From the human T2T-CHM13v2.0 reference genome, Homo sapiens, in NCBI RefSeq assembly GCF_009914755.1, contig NC_060945.1: a stretch of DNA of 64,000 nt; one strand, given 5' to 3'. Both the position numbers and the translations under genes were made by a program. Below, piece after piece: positions 1 through 17,445 of this stretch (its first letter is position 1; the number at the start of each line of letters is the position of its first letter). A model generated the notes under the pieces. That model was not told the DNA's origin, did not search any database, and saw nothing but the letters and a program-made list of their open reading frames with translations.

Positions 1-3110
<3,110 letters not shown>

Positions 3111-3112
3111 CT

Positions 3113-3668
<556 letters not shown>

Positions 3669-4950
3669 TACGTATCTTTAAATAATGGATATGTGACTGC
3701 ACGACTGCAGCATTTGTATCCAGATAGATAATCAATTCATCTATAAACCAGCTATCAAGTAACTGTCTAAATATTTAAAATACAGTTCTTGTTTAGCTCA
3801 TTCTTAGTTTTGATCACCTTTTTTTGTTGGGTGGTGGGGAGCCCTGCTGGTCACTTTGAAAATATACTACGGTCAAATCTTCTGATATCCTGAAGGTTTC
3901 TTTCAGCTGGACTAAGCTCCCAACTCCAGGCAAGCCCAAGTTTGTGGCCTCCCGCATTAGTGCTCTTTCTATCTACCAGAGTCGACAGTATTTGTTCGGC
4001 TCAGTATCTGAGTGTAGCTCACTCCAGTTAACTAGAGTTGTTGACTTTTGCAGAAATAGAAGCAGTGGGATCCAACCGATATTTAGCTACAATGCGAAAA
4101 TGAGTGCAGTTGGTACCTGATGTCCAAGTACAATGCACTGAAGTGTCAAGATTTTCACATACTTTCTGATAAATTGATTCTCCATATTCTGTCCCATCAT
4201 TGACATTAATGTGTAGTTGAAAGTCTCCAGTCCTGTATAGCCCAGCGAGAAGTTATTCCTTGTCAGCTTTGATTTGACACTGTCAAAGGTCATCTGGTAC
4301 CCAGCAAGCCAGCCTCATCACCAAAGACAGCCAAACCATGGATTTGAAGTCCTGAAAAATAAAAGTCAACATCACAACCAAAGTGTATATATTCTCCTTG
4401 TAACAGGACTTGATCTTATCACTTTTCTCTCCTGTGTTTGGTGAGAAGGTAGTATCTAATGTCAGTTTCAAACCTTGAAAAACCTGGTCTTTAACTGTGA
4501 TTTCTGTTCCCAGAGTGTTCTGTTCCCAGAGTGTTCTACTTTTCTGTGAAAGTCAGATCATAATCACACCATTTATATTTGGTCTCCAACGTCCCAGTAA
4601 TTTTACCAGTGTCTGTATGAGATGAACCAGATGTTGAGAATTCCATGCCACTGCGTGACTTTTTTTTTTTCACATCCAGTTTCACCAACCCTGAACCAAA
4701 TCCTTTGTGGAAAGTATCTCTGACAGCTATGCCAAGGTCAGCATACGATGGAGGAATACATTGGCCACACTGAGGTCTGTTTGTAGGTCACCATGGTGAA
4801 GACTTGGGAAGAGATAATCTGGTGGTCTCCAGATGGGGGGTGCTCCCACTGCTGTGCTCACAGCTGAGGCCACTGGGTTTGCCTGCTGTTGGGTCACAGC
4901 TGCCTCGACTGGAGGACAAAGTGGAGGCACATTTCCACTTGCAGCCTGAA
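3669..4950 (-). pseudogene. VDAC2P1: VDAC2 processed pseudogene (probably VDAC2P1); CDS remnant 4794 to 3912 plus both UTRs
   Basis: The minus strand follows intronless VDAC2 mRNA. ATG at 4794 reads [12 protein letters not shown] (VDAC2 MATHGQTCARPM); peptides [16 protein letters not shown] and [15 protein letters not shown] are in the ORF track; the end gagttgggagcttag-tccagctgaaagaaacc matches the VDAC2 stop and 3'UTR. Disabled by frameshifts, an A-run expansion at ~4660, TGG>TAG and a 16-bp duplication at 4502-4533. Parent gene is secure; the pseudogene number is from memory. Confidence 0.92.
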
Positions 4951-5036
4951 TGTTTTCCAAATGTAAAAATATTTTTGAGCTGTATTAGTCAGTGTTCTGC
5001 TTAGAAACAGAATCAGTAAGATAGATAGCAGTAAGA

Positions 5037-5048
5037 TAGGTAGGTAGG

Positions 5049-5096
<48 letters not shown>
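5037..5096. repeat. Compound tetranucleotide STR (TAGG)3(TAGA)12
   Basis: Counted directly. Confidence 0.97.
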
Positions 5097-5110
5097 AAGA
5101 AGACAAAATG

Positions 5111-5428
<318 letters not shown>

Positions 5429-5967
5429 TCACACAGTTATGGAGGTCAAGAAGTCCCACGATCTTTCATCTGCAACCTGGACAACTAGGAAAGTCATTGT
5501 TGTAATTCAGCTTGAGTTGGAGGGACTGATTGTGTAAATCTTAGTCCAAGGCCAAATGGCTGAGAACCAGGGGCCTCCTTGGTATAAGTTCCATGCCCAA
5601 AGGCCTGAGAATCAGAAGCTCCGATGCCCTAGGGCAGCATAACCTGGATGTTCCACCTTAAGGAAAGAGAGCTAAATTCTTCCCTTCCTCTGCTTATTTT
5701 GTTCTATCTGGGCCCACAAAGTATTGGATGGTGCACATCCATATTGGTAGGGGCGGATATTCTCTACTTAGTCTACTGATTCAAATGAGAAGCTCTTCAA
5801 GAAACACCCTCACAGACACACCAGAAATAATATTTTACCAGCTATCTGGGTATCCCTTAACCCAGTCAAGTTGACTTATAAAATTAACCATCACGTTAGC
5901 CTTATTTCTAGTCGTAAATTCTTGGTAAATATTTGTTGAATGAACAAATGTCATATTCTTTTCCAAC

Positions 5968-6200
5968 AACAATAGCTATGTTTCTAATAATAATTGTTAC
6001 CGAGTGTTTAGTAAGTACCAAACTCTAGACTACGTTTTTATGATTGAACCTCATTTAGTTCTCACAACTAATTGTGATGGAAAAAATGATAAGGAAACTG
6101 AGGCTTAGAAACATGAAGTAACTTGCCTGAAGTTAGACAACTGATCAGAAGATTGACCCAGAGAGCTTGTCTCCAGAATCCAGTCTGAATCACAATCTAC
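5968..6200 (-). mobile_element. MIR
   Basis: Core gataaggaaactgaggcttagaaacatgaagtaacttgcctgaagt. Confidence 0.75.
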
Positions 6201-6995
6201 TGTGCCTTTATTTTAGCCACTTATGAACAAATAAATTTAGTAACCCTCTTGGCTAAATATCTGGCACACATGGTTTGGTTGTATAGGATTGAAAATTTTT
6301 TTTGTACAGATATCACTTTTCATTAGAATTGTTGTAGTGATTAGCATGCTTATATTTTCCCAAATGTGCCATCTCTCATCTCAAATTCTAAAGTCAATGA
6401 GTTGTCTTTAGGAGAAAGAACTGGTTTATATCTTTTAGGCTCAATTCTTGGAGTGATCAATCCTGCTAATGCTCATCTTCTTTCCAGTTAGTAAGGTCTG
6501 GGTCCTTGCACTTTTTTGGATTCTCTTTTTAAATGTAATAGAAAAGAAGTAGCTCTGGGCTTCGTCCAGTATGTTCCTGAATTGTGATGCAGTTGTCTGT
6601 AGTAAGGATATCAATAACTGTGGAAGTGGCGTTTCCCTCTAACCTCCTGGGAACAACATTTTTCACTGTGTGGGTTTGTCTGTGATGGAGAGAGCTGCAA
6701 CAAAAACTGTGGTTGCCACCATTTTTACATAGGATGGAGGGATAGATACTTTTCATTGCGATTCAAAATAAGTAATTTCTGGCAGAAATAAAAAGGATTC
6801 TCTTGCTGTACTTATTCCATAGCTAGTGATTAATATTAATATTACACCTCCATAACCAGAGGCCTTTACTGTGCATGACATTGGCAATGATACATCCTAA
6901 AAAAATTTGGGAAGTATGAGGATGCTTGAGATATGCCATGTTTTCCTTTTTTCCTTTCTAATTTTCTGCTTTCCTCTCTCCTTTTCTTTGTGGGC

Positions 6996-7030
<35 letters not shown>

Positions 7031-7032
7031 GT
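6996..7032. repeat. (TG)n microsatellite with one interruption
   Basis: Seen directly. Confidence 0.95.
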
Positions 7033-7059
7033 ACACTTTGGTGTGTCTCTTAACAAAGT

Positions 7060-7655
7060 CTTTTCATCTCAAGCTCCCTGATATATGTGGAATTTGTCCA
7101 CCCCTCTCTGCCTCTGTTTTCTCTCGTAGCTTCTATCATTCCCAGCGTGAACTATAACCTCCTAACTGGTGTCTTCACTTGTGTTCTGTTTCCCTATTGT
7201 TGATTCACCGCATATCATTTAAAAGATGTTTTACAAATGAAAATCTGAGCATTCCTGTTGCTTAAAAATATTTGGTGGCTACCTCAAATCCTTAATATTT
7301 CTAATCTTCATGATTATGTTCCTGAAAATACTCTCTAGCCGCATTCATTTACTAGATCATTAGATTTTGTGTGTTTTTGGCTGTCATCATAGTAAGATAT
7401 TTGTGTCATCAGTACATATACACACACATACACACACGTGCCTAAAACAAAAGTTTCACAAAAATACCTACCTTTTCTACACACACATATCCACGTACCT
7501 ATGTGACATAGATGTATAATATATGTGTGAATATTTAGTATATATTACTCCCCATTACATGGGACCAGGAAATATGTTTGTCCTATTTGGGTACTTATGG
7601 CCAACATTTTGAATTTTGCCCAGTACAGAATAGGTACTCAGGATATATTTGTTTT
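7060..7655 (+). mobile_element. L2 fragments
   Basis: aacctcctaactggt, ctgttgcttaaaa and the 3'-end motif cagtacagaataggtactcaggatatatttgtt. Confidence 0.55.
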
Positions 7656-7745
7656 TAAGAACCCATAAGCTAAAATAAACTTTACAAAAGAATGCTATGT
7701 TAAGAAGCCATAAGCTAAAATAATCTTCATAAAAGAATGCTATAT
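7656..7745. repeat. 45-bp direct tandem duplication
   Basis: taagaacccataagctaaaataaactttacaaaagaatgctatgt followed by taagaagccataagctaaaataatcttcataaaagaatgctatat. Confidence 0.9.
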
Positions 7746-9159
7746 AAGTGTTTCACCCTCAGGAGTTTCCAATAAAATAATTTTTTGTAGGAAAAGCAAA
7801 GCTAAGAAAATATTCTCTATTTCTATTTATTGATGTGATTTTATGTGTTAACTAAATGTCACACTTATAATAATTTTCCTTTGAAATCAATAATAGTAGT
7901 TATTTCAGTGATAGAGTTTCACATATTGCAGATTTTAATATATACTATACAAATGTAGGAAAACAAACCACATTAAAAAATGTATGTGTTGCTTTGTTTA
8001 AGGTAGAACATTACATTCATTTTGTTCTGATATGTTTGGCTTTAGGCAGAGATATATTTTCATTTACTAGACAAGATTCATCATTGTAGAATCCATTAAC
8101 TAGGCACTGAGTACCTAAAAGCTTTAGGTGTTTAGAGGATGTTTGGAAAACTGATGAAATGGGAATCTGAGCTGCACAGGTAGGATCCATTTAATTTGGG
8201 GCATGCAGGAGTCAGCCTTAAGGGAGATTCATTATGATGGTTAATAAAACCATCTAGCATATGTAATTGGTGTGGGATTGTATTGATAAACTTCCTTTCT
8301 AGAGTATTTGAGCTGGCTATTGAGCCTTTCAGCTTTCAATGTTGGATAAAATTTATATTAGCCTCAAGCATTAAAACCAAGTAGCTTCATGTGTTTACTA
8401 TTTGTTGGTCTTTATACAGTCCAACTTTATACCAGGATTTGAATAAGGCAAAAGTGCATTATTTAATCTTCAGAGATATCAACATATATCCAGTATGGTG
8501 ATTGATAGATTTCCTAAAGTCATCTATTATTTGCTTTTCTTAATATCAACTGTGGCTATTGTCTCTTCTAAAATTATTTAAAAGAAGAATAGGATTATTT
8601 CTTAGTGCTTTTTTATAATTAAAAAAACAAAAGGAAAATAGACTCAAAAATTGATAGTAGTTGGGGTCCAATCTTTGCATTTTTCTATTAAACTCTTGAA
8701 CTCATATGGATAACATGTTCTTCTTACAATTACTTACTAGTTAGGAATCGACTAAGTTGCAATGAAGAGATTTTTAAATTATGGAAATTTGAAAGAATTC
8801 TTGAAAACAGTTATTTTAACAATTATCCCAGTAAATTGAAATAATTTATAGCATGCTTTTCTATTTCCTGCCCAGCCTTTAAACTTTTATTTTGCAGTAA
8901 TGGTATTATTTTTCTTTCTCAGCAAGATATGGAGATGATAATTGTTTATTCCAGCCATGATCTTCATATTTGTGATCCTTCCCTGACCAGCTGTGCTAGA
9001 GTATGTTGTTAGTGCTATTCTGGGAATCATGTAAAAGACTTGGTCACTTAATGTCAGGAGGTGATCTTGGATAAAGTCACTTAGAAAAAGGACAAGGCAA
9101 CTCCTAATCTTAAGAAAAAACAGATGAATAAGAGTATAATATATACTCAGTATATAACA

Positions 9160-11445
9160 GCTGCCTTTTCTCTCAATCTTGCCAGCATTTGATATTTTTT
9201 TTTTGGTCTTTTTGCTAGCCATTCTATTTGTAGTTCTCTGATGATTAGAAACATTGAGCATTTTTTTCATATACCTCTTGGTCATCTTTATGTCCTCTTT
9301 TGAGAAATGTGCACTCAGATCCTTTGCCCACTTTGTAGTAGGATTATTTGTTTATTTTTTGCTGTTGAATTATTTGAGTTCCTTGTATATTCTTGATATT
9401 AGTCCCTTGATGGACACATAGTTTGCAAATATTTTCTCCCATCCTACAGATAGTGCAATGCCTCCAGCTATATTCTTCTTGCTTAGGATTGCTTTGGCTG
9501 TTCAGGGTATTTTGTAGTTATGTACACATTTTAGGATTGTTTTTTCCATTTCTGTGAAGAGCATTATTGGTATTTTAATAGGAATTGAATTGAACCTGCA
9601 GATTGCTTTGGGTAGTATTGTCATTTTCATGGTATTAATTATTGTGGTCCATAATCATGGGCTATCTTTCCATTTGTTTGTGTCCTCTTCGATCACTTTA
9701 ATCAGTGTTTTCTACTTTTTTTGATAGCGGTCTCTCACCTCGTTGGATAAATGTATTCCTAGGTATTTTTTTGGTAGCTATTATAAATGAGATTGCTTTC
9801 CAGATTCTTTTTCAGCTGGTTTATTATTGGTTTTAAGGAATCCTATTGATTTTTATATTTTGATTTTGTATCCTACAATTGTACTGATTTTGTTATCAGT
9901 TTTAAGGGGTTTTGTTGCAGTCTTCAGGTTTTTCTAGATATAAGATCATGTTGCCTGCAAAGAGGGACACTTTGACTTCCTCTTTTCCAGTTTGGATTCT
10001 TTTTATTTTTCTCTTGCTTGATTGCTCTGTCTAGGACTTTCAGTACTATGCTAAATAGGAGTGGTTAAAGTGTGCATTCTTATCTTGTTTCCAGTTCTTG
10101 AGGAAAGGCTTTCAGCTTTTTCCTATTCAGTGTAATGTTAGCTATGGGTTTTATCATATATGGCCTTTATTGTGTTGAGATATTTTCCTTCTGTGCTTAA
10201 TTTGTTGAAGGTTTTTATTAGGAAGGTATGTTTGATTTTATCAAATGCTTTTTCCTGCATCTATTGAGATGATCAGATAGTTCTTGTCCTTTATTCTATT
10301 GATTTGATGTATCAGATTTGTCAACGTGCCTATGTTGAACCATCCTTGCATCTGTGGGATAAATTCCATTAGATTTTGGCACATTATCTTTTTAACATGT
10401 TGTAAGATTTAGTTTGCTAGTATTTTGTTGAGGATTTTTGCATCAATATTCATCAGGGATATTGGCCTGTGATTTTCTTTTGTTGTTGTTGTTGTGTCTT
10501 TGTCTGGTTTTGTTTTCAGGCTAATACTGGCCTTATAGAGTGAGTTAGAAAGAATTCCCTCTTTTTAATTTTTTGGAATAGTTTTAGAAGAATTGGAGTT
10601 AGTTTTTCTTCAAATGTTTGGAAGAATTCAGCAATAAAGCCATCAGTCCTGGGCTTTTCTTTGTTAGGAGACTCTTTATTACTTATTCAATCTTGTTACT
10701 AATTAATGGTTTGTTCAGGTTTTCTATTTCTTCCTGGTTCAATATTGGTAGGTTGTATGTGTTCAGGAACATATCCATTTCCTCTAGGTTTTCCAATCTG
10801 TTGCCATGTAGTTGTTCATAATAATCTCGAATAATCTTTCTTATTTCTGTGGTATCAGTTGTAATGTATTTTTTGTTTCTGATCTTATTTTATTTTCTTT
10901 CTCTTTTCTTAATCTAGCTAGCAGTTTATCAATTTTATCTTTTTTAAAAAAACAACTCTTCACTTTATCTTTGTATTTTTTTAGTCTATACTTTGTTTAG
11001 TTCTGCTCTGATCTTTACTATTTATTTTCGTCTAATTTTGAGATTAGTTTTTTCTTGCTGTCCTAGCTTCTTGAGGTGCATAATTAGGCTGTTTATTTGA
11101 AATCTGTCTACTTTATTGATGTAGGTGTTTATTGCTACAAGCTTCCCTCTTAGCATTGCTTTTGTTGCATCTCATAGGTTTTGGGATGTTGTGTTTCCAT
11201 TTTCATATGTTTTAAGAAATTTTAAAATTCCTTCTTAATTTCTTCATTGATCAATGGTTGTTCAGGATTATGTTGCTTAATTTACACACATTTGTAAATT
11301 TCAAATGTGTTTCAAATTTCCTCTTGTCATTACTTTCTATTTTTTTCCATTGTCATTTGATAAGATGTTTGATATGACTTAGATTTTTAAAATTTTTTTG
11401 AGACTTTGTCTTGTGGCTTAATATGAGATCTATCCTGGACAAAAG
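9160..11445 (-). mobile_element. L1MA-type ORF2 fragment with an internal deletion near 9450
   Basis: Antisense ORF2 motifs (gatcatgttgcctgcaaagagggac corresponds to SLFAxxMI; aattcagcaataaagccatcagtcctgg). Jumps from ttctcccatcctacag to atagtgcaatgcctccagc. Confidence 0.85.
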
Positions 11446-11699
11446 CTCTAGTTTCTTATAGGTGGACTGGAGACAGAAAAATCAGTCTTTGGCAAAGACA
11501 AACAGAGCAGATAAGTAGAAAGAAGTGAGCAATATTACAAATTCAGAAAGACAGAATGAGTTGCTGGTTTCATTGTTCCCCATGACTATGTTAATTCCTC
11601 TTGAAAGGTATGTGTATAATCTAGAAAACATGAGATATTTCTGAATCCAGAAATAGTAGGAGTAGCTTCCTGTTGCTAATGGCGCTGTGCTGTCAGCTT

Positions 11700-11997
11700 A
11701 CTAATCTTGGTTGCTAACAAATTATGTCAGTGATGTTGTGATCCTGGAGCAAGCTGTTATACTGAAACTTTCCAATTTTCCAGACAGCTTTCTGTCATAG
11801 AAGAGGCTGTAGTTTCCTCCATGGTGCACTTCTGAATTGTGACGTTAGGAGTTCTTCCTGAAGGCTCTGCCTAGAATATTTTTGTTCATTTCTCCCAGTG
11901 ATTCTGTAAGTCATTTAACACCCTGTGATACACAAGTTGGGTCTGAAAATACCAAGTGTGGATTATTTTCTCTGAAACTGAACTTTAACAAATACAA
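11700..11997 (+). mobile_element. Old ERVL-class LTR fragment (LTR33/LTR16-like)
   Basis: The 3' end ctgaaactgaactttaacaaataca resembles ERVL LTR termini; weak. Confidence 0.35.
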
Positions 11998-12029
11998 TAA
12001 TTATAGCATTTAGAAAACTATAAGGTGAT

Positions 12030-12270
12030 ACTATGTATTTATTCATTCATATGTGCTTGAGAGTCATTGGTAAACAGACAATACCCTCATGGAATTTACA
12101 TGCTAGAGGAATAAGACAGACAATAAGCAATAAACAGAAAAGAATAAGTACATAATATATCATGTGAAAAGGTAGTAAGAGCTAAGAAAGAAGAAGTGGA
12201 AAGTGTATCTGTAGTTTTAAATAAGGTAGGCAGGGTAGGTGACATCTGAGCAAAGACTCAATTGAAGGAG
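12030..12270 (-). mobile_element. L2 fragment
   Basis: ccctcatggaatttacatgctagagg and ggtgacatctgagcaaagact. Confidence 0.6.
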
Positions 12271-12889
12271 ATTTTGTATTGTTATTTCAATATTGTTTCA
12301 TTATACAAGCTTCAAGATGAAACTTCAGTTTCTCTTTAATATTTTATCTATAATAACACTATATAACCTTTTAAAAATTTCATATTTGTCTCATATTTGT
12401 CAAGTGTCTTCATTCATCTTCTTCAGATAACGGATATGCAGGCTTTAATACAAGTATTTGCGCAGATTATCAGGTGGTTAGATTTTCCTTTCTTATATCT
12501 CATTTACAGCCAGAGCAATTTAAGAGTAGGTTGAAACTGATAAGGAATTAAGTAAAGACCATTAGGTAACAGTTATAGAAGTAATACTTTAAATTTTGGC
12601 GATCATAACAATAACAAAAGAGAATTTTGCATAGGGTGAAAGTTTCAGATGATTATGAGTAGCAAGAAAGCTCAGAAATCATAAATGTTGACAATTCTTA
12701 GAACGTATGAATCTCTTACATAACAGCAAAGATCATTCCAATTTGTCAAAACCTCTCCAAATGGAACAGATATTTTATTTGTGATTTACTAAGGCCAATG
12801 AACATGAAGTTTTTACTTTCTTTGTTGTGGCCACTCCACCTTTATTTGCATGGCTTAAAGTTTTCACTAGATATTTTCGCCCTTTTATC

Positions 12890-13090
12890 ACACGTCACAT
12901 TATTGACCAATAATGAACTTCAAATTTACTAAAAACCCTGTCATTGGTACTTACTCAACTGTGCCTTTCTACATATTTGAAATTTTAATTTTGCAAATTC
13001 TAATAGCTGAATTTTACTTTTTTCATTAAATTTTATCTTGTTAGATTGGAGTCATTTTTATGACTATTGAATCTAAGTAATCCCTGACTC
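12890..13090 (-). mobile_element. Possible L3/CR1 relic
   Basis: actaaaaaccctg and ttaaattttatcttgttagatt resemble antisense CR1/L3 consensus motifs. Confidence 0.4.
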
Positions 13091-13648
13091 TTTTGTCAGA
13101 TAAGCAATTTTTGGGTTCCCTTGTTGTCTTCTTTACATTCTTCTCTACTCTCATTCATGAGACTAATGAGTCTTCTTAAATGTATCAAAATGGAAGACTA
13201 AATCTGGCAGCAGACACCAGAAATGTTTCACTGACTGCCCATCAAAATCCCACACTCATAGGAATGATACTCTAGACATTTATACATCGCCCAGCCATTT
13301 GTACGTAAGAATGACCATTCTTCCATTTATACATTTACTGGTGTAAAGTAGTGTTCCCACTGAGTGAATGAACTTCTGTGTGATTCACTTGTGTATATTT
13401 GCTACAGCATTTTTTCTCTTTTTAAAGTGGAGTCATACCATAACCTTGAAATGCTATTAGGATTAAATAAAATAAGTTAGTAAAATAATCCCTAATATAT
13501 ATTAAATGTCTTATGAATTTAAGTTCTCATTTCTCACTTTCCCTTCTTTTTTGTTATATAAATGTCTTCTTTGAAGAAACGTTTATTCAGGTCGTTTGCC
13601 CATTTTTTTATTGAGTTGTGTGAGTTCTTTATAAATTTTGGATATTAA

Positions 13649-14084
<436 letters not shown>

Positions 14085-14428
14085 ATTTTGTCTTGTTTTG
14101 TTTGCTTTTGTTGCCTAAGCTTTTGGTATAATATCCAAAACGTCATTGCCAAGGCCAACCCCAAGGAGCTTTTTCCTAATTTTCTTCTTGTAGTTTTATA
14201 ATTTCAGGTTTTACATTTAGGTCTGTTATTTATTTTGATTTGATTTTTTGTATATGGTATAATATAAGGGTCCAATTTTAGTGTTTTGCATGTGGATATC
14301 CAGTTTTTTCATCACTATTTATTGAAGAAACTATCCTTTTCCTATAGTGTCTTCTTGGTGACCTGTCAAAAATTAGTTAATCATATATGCCTGGGTTTAT
14401 TTTTGCACTCTCTATGCTGTTCCATTGA

Positions 14429-14785
<357 letters not shown>

Positions 14786-16193
14786 CATACTGTTTTACAT
14801 ACTATAGCTTTGTAATATAATTTAAAATTAGGCAGTTTAATGCCTCCAACTTTGTTTTTATTTCTCAAGTTTGCTTTGGCTATTCAGTGTCTTTTGCAGT
14901 TCTATATAATATTAGCATTTTTTTCCATTTCTGTGAAAAATATGGAAATTTTGATAGAGATCGTATTGAACCTATAGATAGCTTTAGGTAGTACAAATAT
15001 TTTGGCAATACTTACTTTTCCAATCTTGTCCAAAGTGAAAAGGAAGAAGCAAAATTATCCCTTTTAGCAGATGACATAGCCCTGTATATAGAAATCTTTG
15101 ATGAATCCACAAAAAACTGTTAGAACTAATAAATGAATTCAGTAAATTTTCAGAATTCAAAATCAACATAGGAAAATCAGGTGCATTTCTTTACACCAAC
15201 ATGAAACAAAAATATTGAAAATGTATTTTTTCTTTCAAAACTTTTACTCACTTTCTCATCTTACAGCAATTGATTATTAACTGAAAATCCCAAGGCACCT
15301 AACCTCATAGCCTTATTTATTTTCTAATTATTTTATTATTGAAAAATTAATACATGAACAATCAGACATACAATGAAAATAAATCTCACTCTTTGCTATA
15401 GAACCTCCATCCCTCTCCTCCTAGCAAAATAAAATAAGATTTTATTATGCTAGACCAGAACTATCTAGTGGTCTTGGAAGTCACTAAACTGTAAAAGGAG
15501 GGGAAAACGACATAAAGATAAAGAAGATAATCTGCTAACTTTGTTGCTTTCCTAAACTGAGACTTTAATTAAAACAATTAGACCTTGGGAATTTAGCCTA
15601 TCAGTCTCTTATATATTGACCGAACAATGTCAGATATAGACATTGGTTTGCAGATTAAGTTCCTACAAACATATGATTAAGAACCCCTTTAAATATGCTC
15701 TTTTGTATGAAGCACTTTTCAGCATAGGTACACTATTTTTTTGTTTTAAATTTATAAAATAGAACCTCATTTTGTTTGTTTTCAAATAGAGCTCAAGCAA
15801 AGAGGTTGCCATGATTCTTACAGGATCAGAAATAGAGAAAGCAGAATCAGATTGAAGAGAGTGGTTGGCTGAGATACATTTATCAATTTGATTGAAGAGA
15901 CACTACAGTTGTATTGTTTAACATGATGGTTTTTGGAAGTACAATATCAGGATAAACCATAATAGGTATCTCATTCTAGAAACCATCTTTGCAAAATAGT
16001 TTTTCCAAAGTCTAGGGAATTAATTCATTATGGATTTGTGTTTTGATTAGTTAAAAATAGTATTGTATTTATCAGTTATAGGTACAAACTGGGAGATTCT
16101 TCGTTTGATTTACTGGTTTTAAAACAAAGATCTTTGGAAAGATTTATCTTTCTAAAACAACAGAAAAGAAAGGGAAGATGGGGGAATACGTGG

Positions 16194-16591
16194 TGTCTTA
16201 GCCTGTTTTGTGTTGCTATAACAGAATATCAAAGATTGGGTAACATATAAAGGAAAGACATCTATTTTTTACAATCTGGAGGGTGGGAGTCCAATAGCCG
16301 GGTGCTGGCATTGAGGAGGGCCTTTTTGCTGTGTCATCTCATGGCAGAAGGCCGAACAGCAAAAGAGCACAAGTGCTCATGAGAGAGAGGAAGGAGGCCA
16401 AACTCATCCTTTTATCAGGAACTCACTCCTGTGATAATGGACCCAATCCGATGATAAGGGCATTAATCTATTCATGAGGGCAAAACGCTCATGACCTAAT
16501 TACCAATTAAAAGTCTCACCTCCTAACACTGTTGCATTGGGGATTAAGTTTACAGCACATGAACTTTGGGGGACACATTCAACCCATAGTG
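16194..16591 (-). mobile_element. MaLR LTR (MSTD/MLT1A-like)
   Basis: Termini tgtcttagcctgttttgtgttgctataacag and gaactttgggggacacattcaacccatag. Confidence 0.85.
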
Positions 16592-17445
16592 TATAGTATT
16601 CAAGTAAAATCTGAATTCATTCTTATTCAGTTAGAAAGTCAAACCAAAACATTTCCACCAATTCATTAAATATTTTTTTGGCCATTTTTTCTGACTTTTC
16701 AATTTTATATCTTAACCAGAAAGGGATTGATCTAAACAAACCTTAAAACACAAAGTGAATTTTGACAAAGTTTATGAGTGTTTGCATATTTTCTACAAGG
16801 TTGTATTTCTTCTTCCATCCACTTTTAAATTAATTAAATACATCTCTTTCTTTCAATAATTTATTCAACAAATATTTACTGAGATTTCACAATATTCTAG
16901 GCACTGTGAATACAAATAAGAAAAAGCTGTTTGCCGTCATGAAGCAAACAGGAGGAAGAACGATGATCACCATACATACCAGTAAAACATATAAGGAGAC
17001 AGATGCTGATAAGTACAATGGAGAAAAATGGAGCAAGAAAGAGAGAAAAGGGATTGGAATGACGGGCTATTTCAAACAGGTTGGTTTGGAAAGACTTGAG
17101 TGGAGACTTAACAGAGGTGAGAGAGTGATGCAGTGCTGAGGAGGAAGGCTTTGCATGAAAGAGAATAGCAAGGGCAGGCCCTGACACCAAAGAGGGCTTG
17201 GCAAGTTTAAGTAACAGCAAGATGGCCAACGTGGTTGTAAGGAAGAGCTGCCAAGGTGGACTCAAAGAAATAGCCAGGGTCAAACTGCGGAGGGTCCTGT
17301 AGGCCACTGTCAGCACATTGACTTTTATTCTGAGGATCTGAAGAAGTGACATTATCTCACATATTTTAGAAGAGTCAACCTGGCTGTTGCATTGAGTGTA
17401 GAGCACAGAAGCAGACATGAGGGTAAAACTAGAGAGACACACACA

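Noticed and set aside
10747-10765. ggtaggttgtatgtgtt resembling let-7c
   Set aside because: It is part of antisense L1 ORF2, lacks the tgaggtag seed and has no hairpin. I saw no miR-99a, let-7c or miR-125b sequence in the window.
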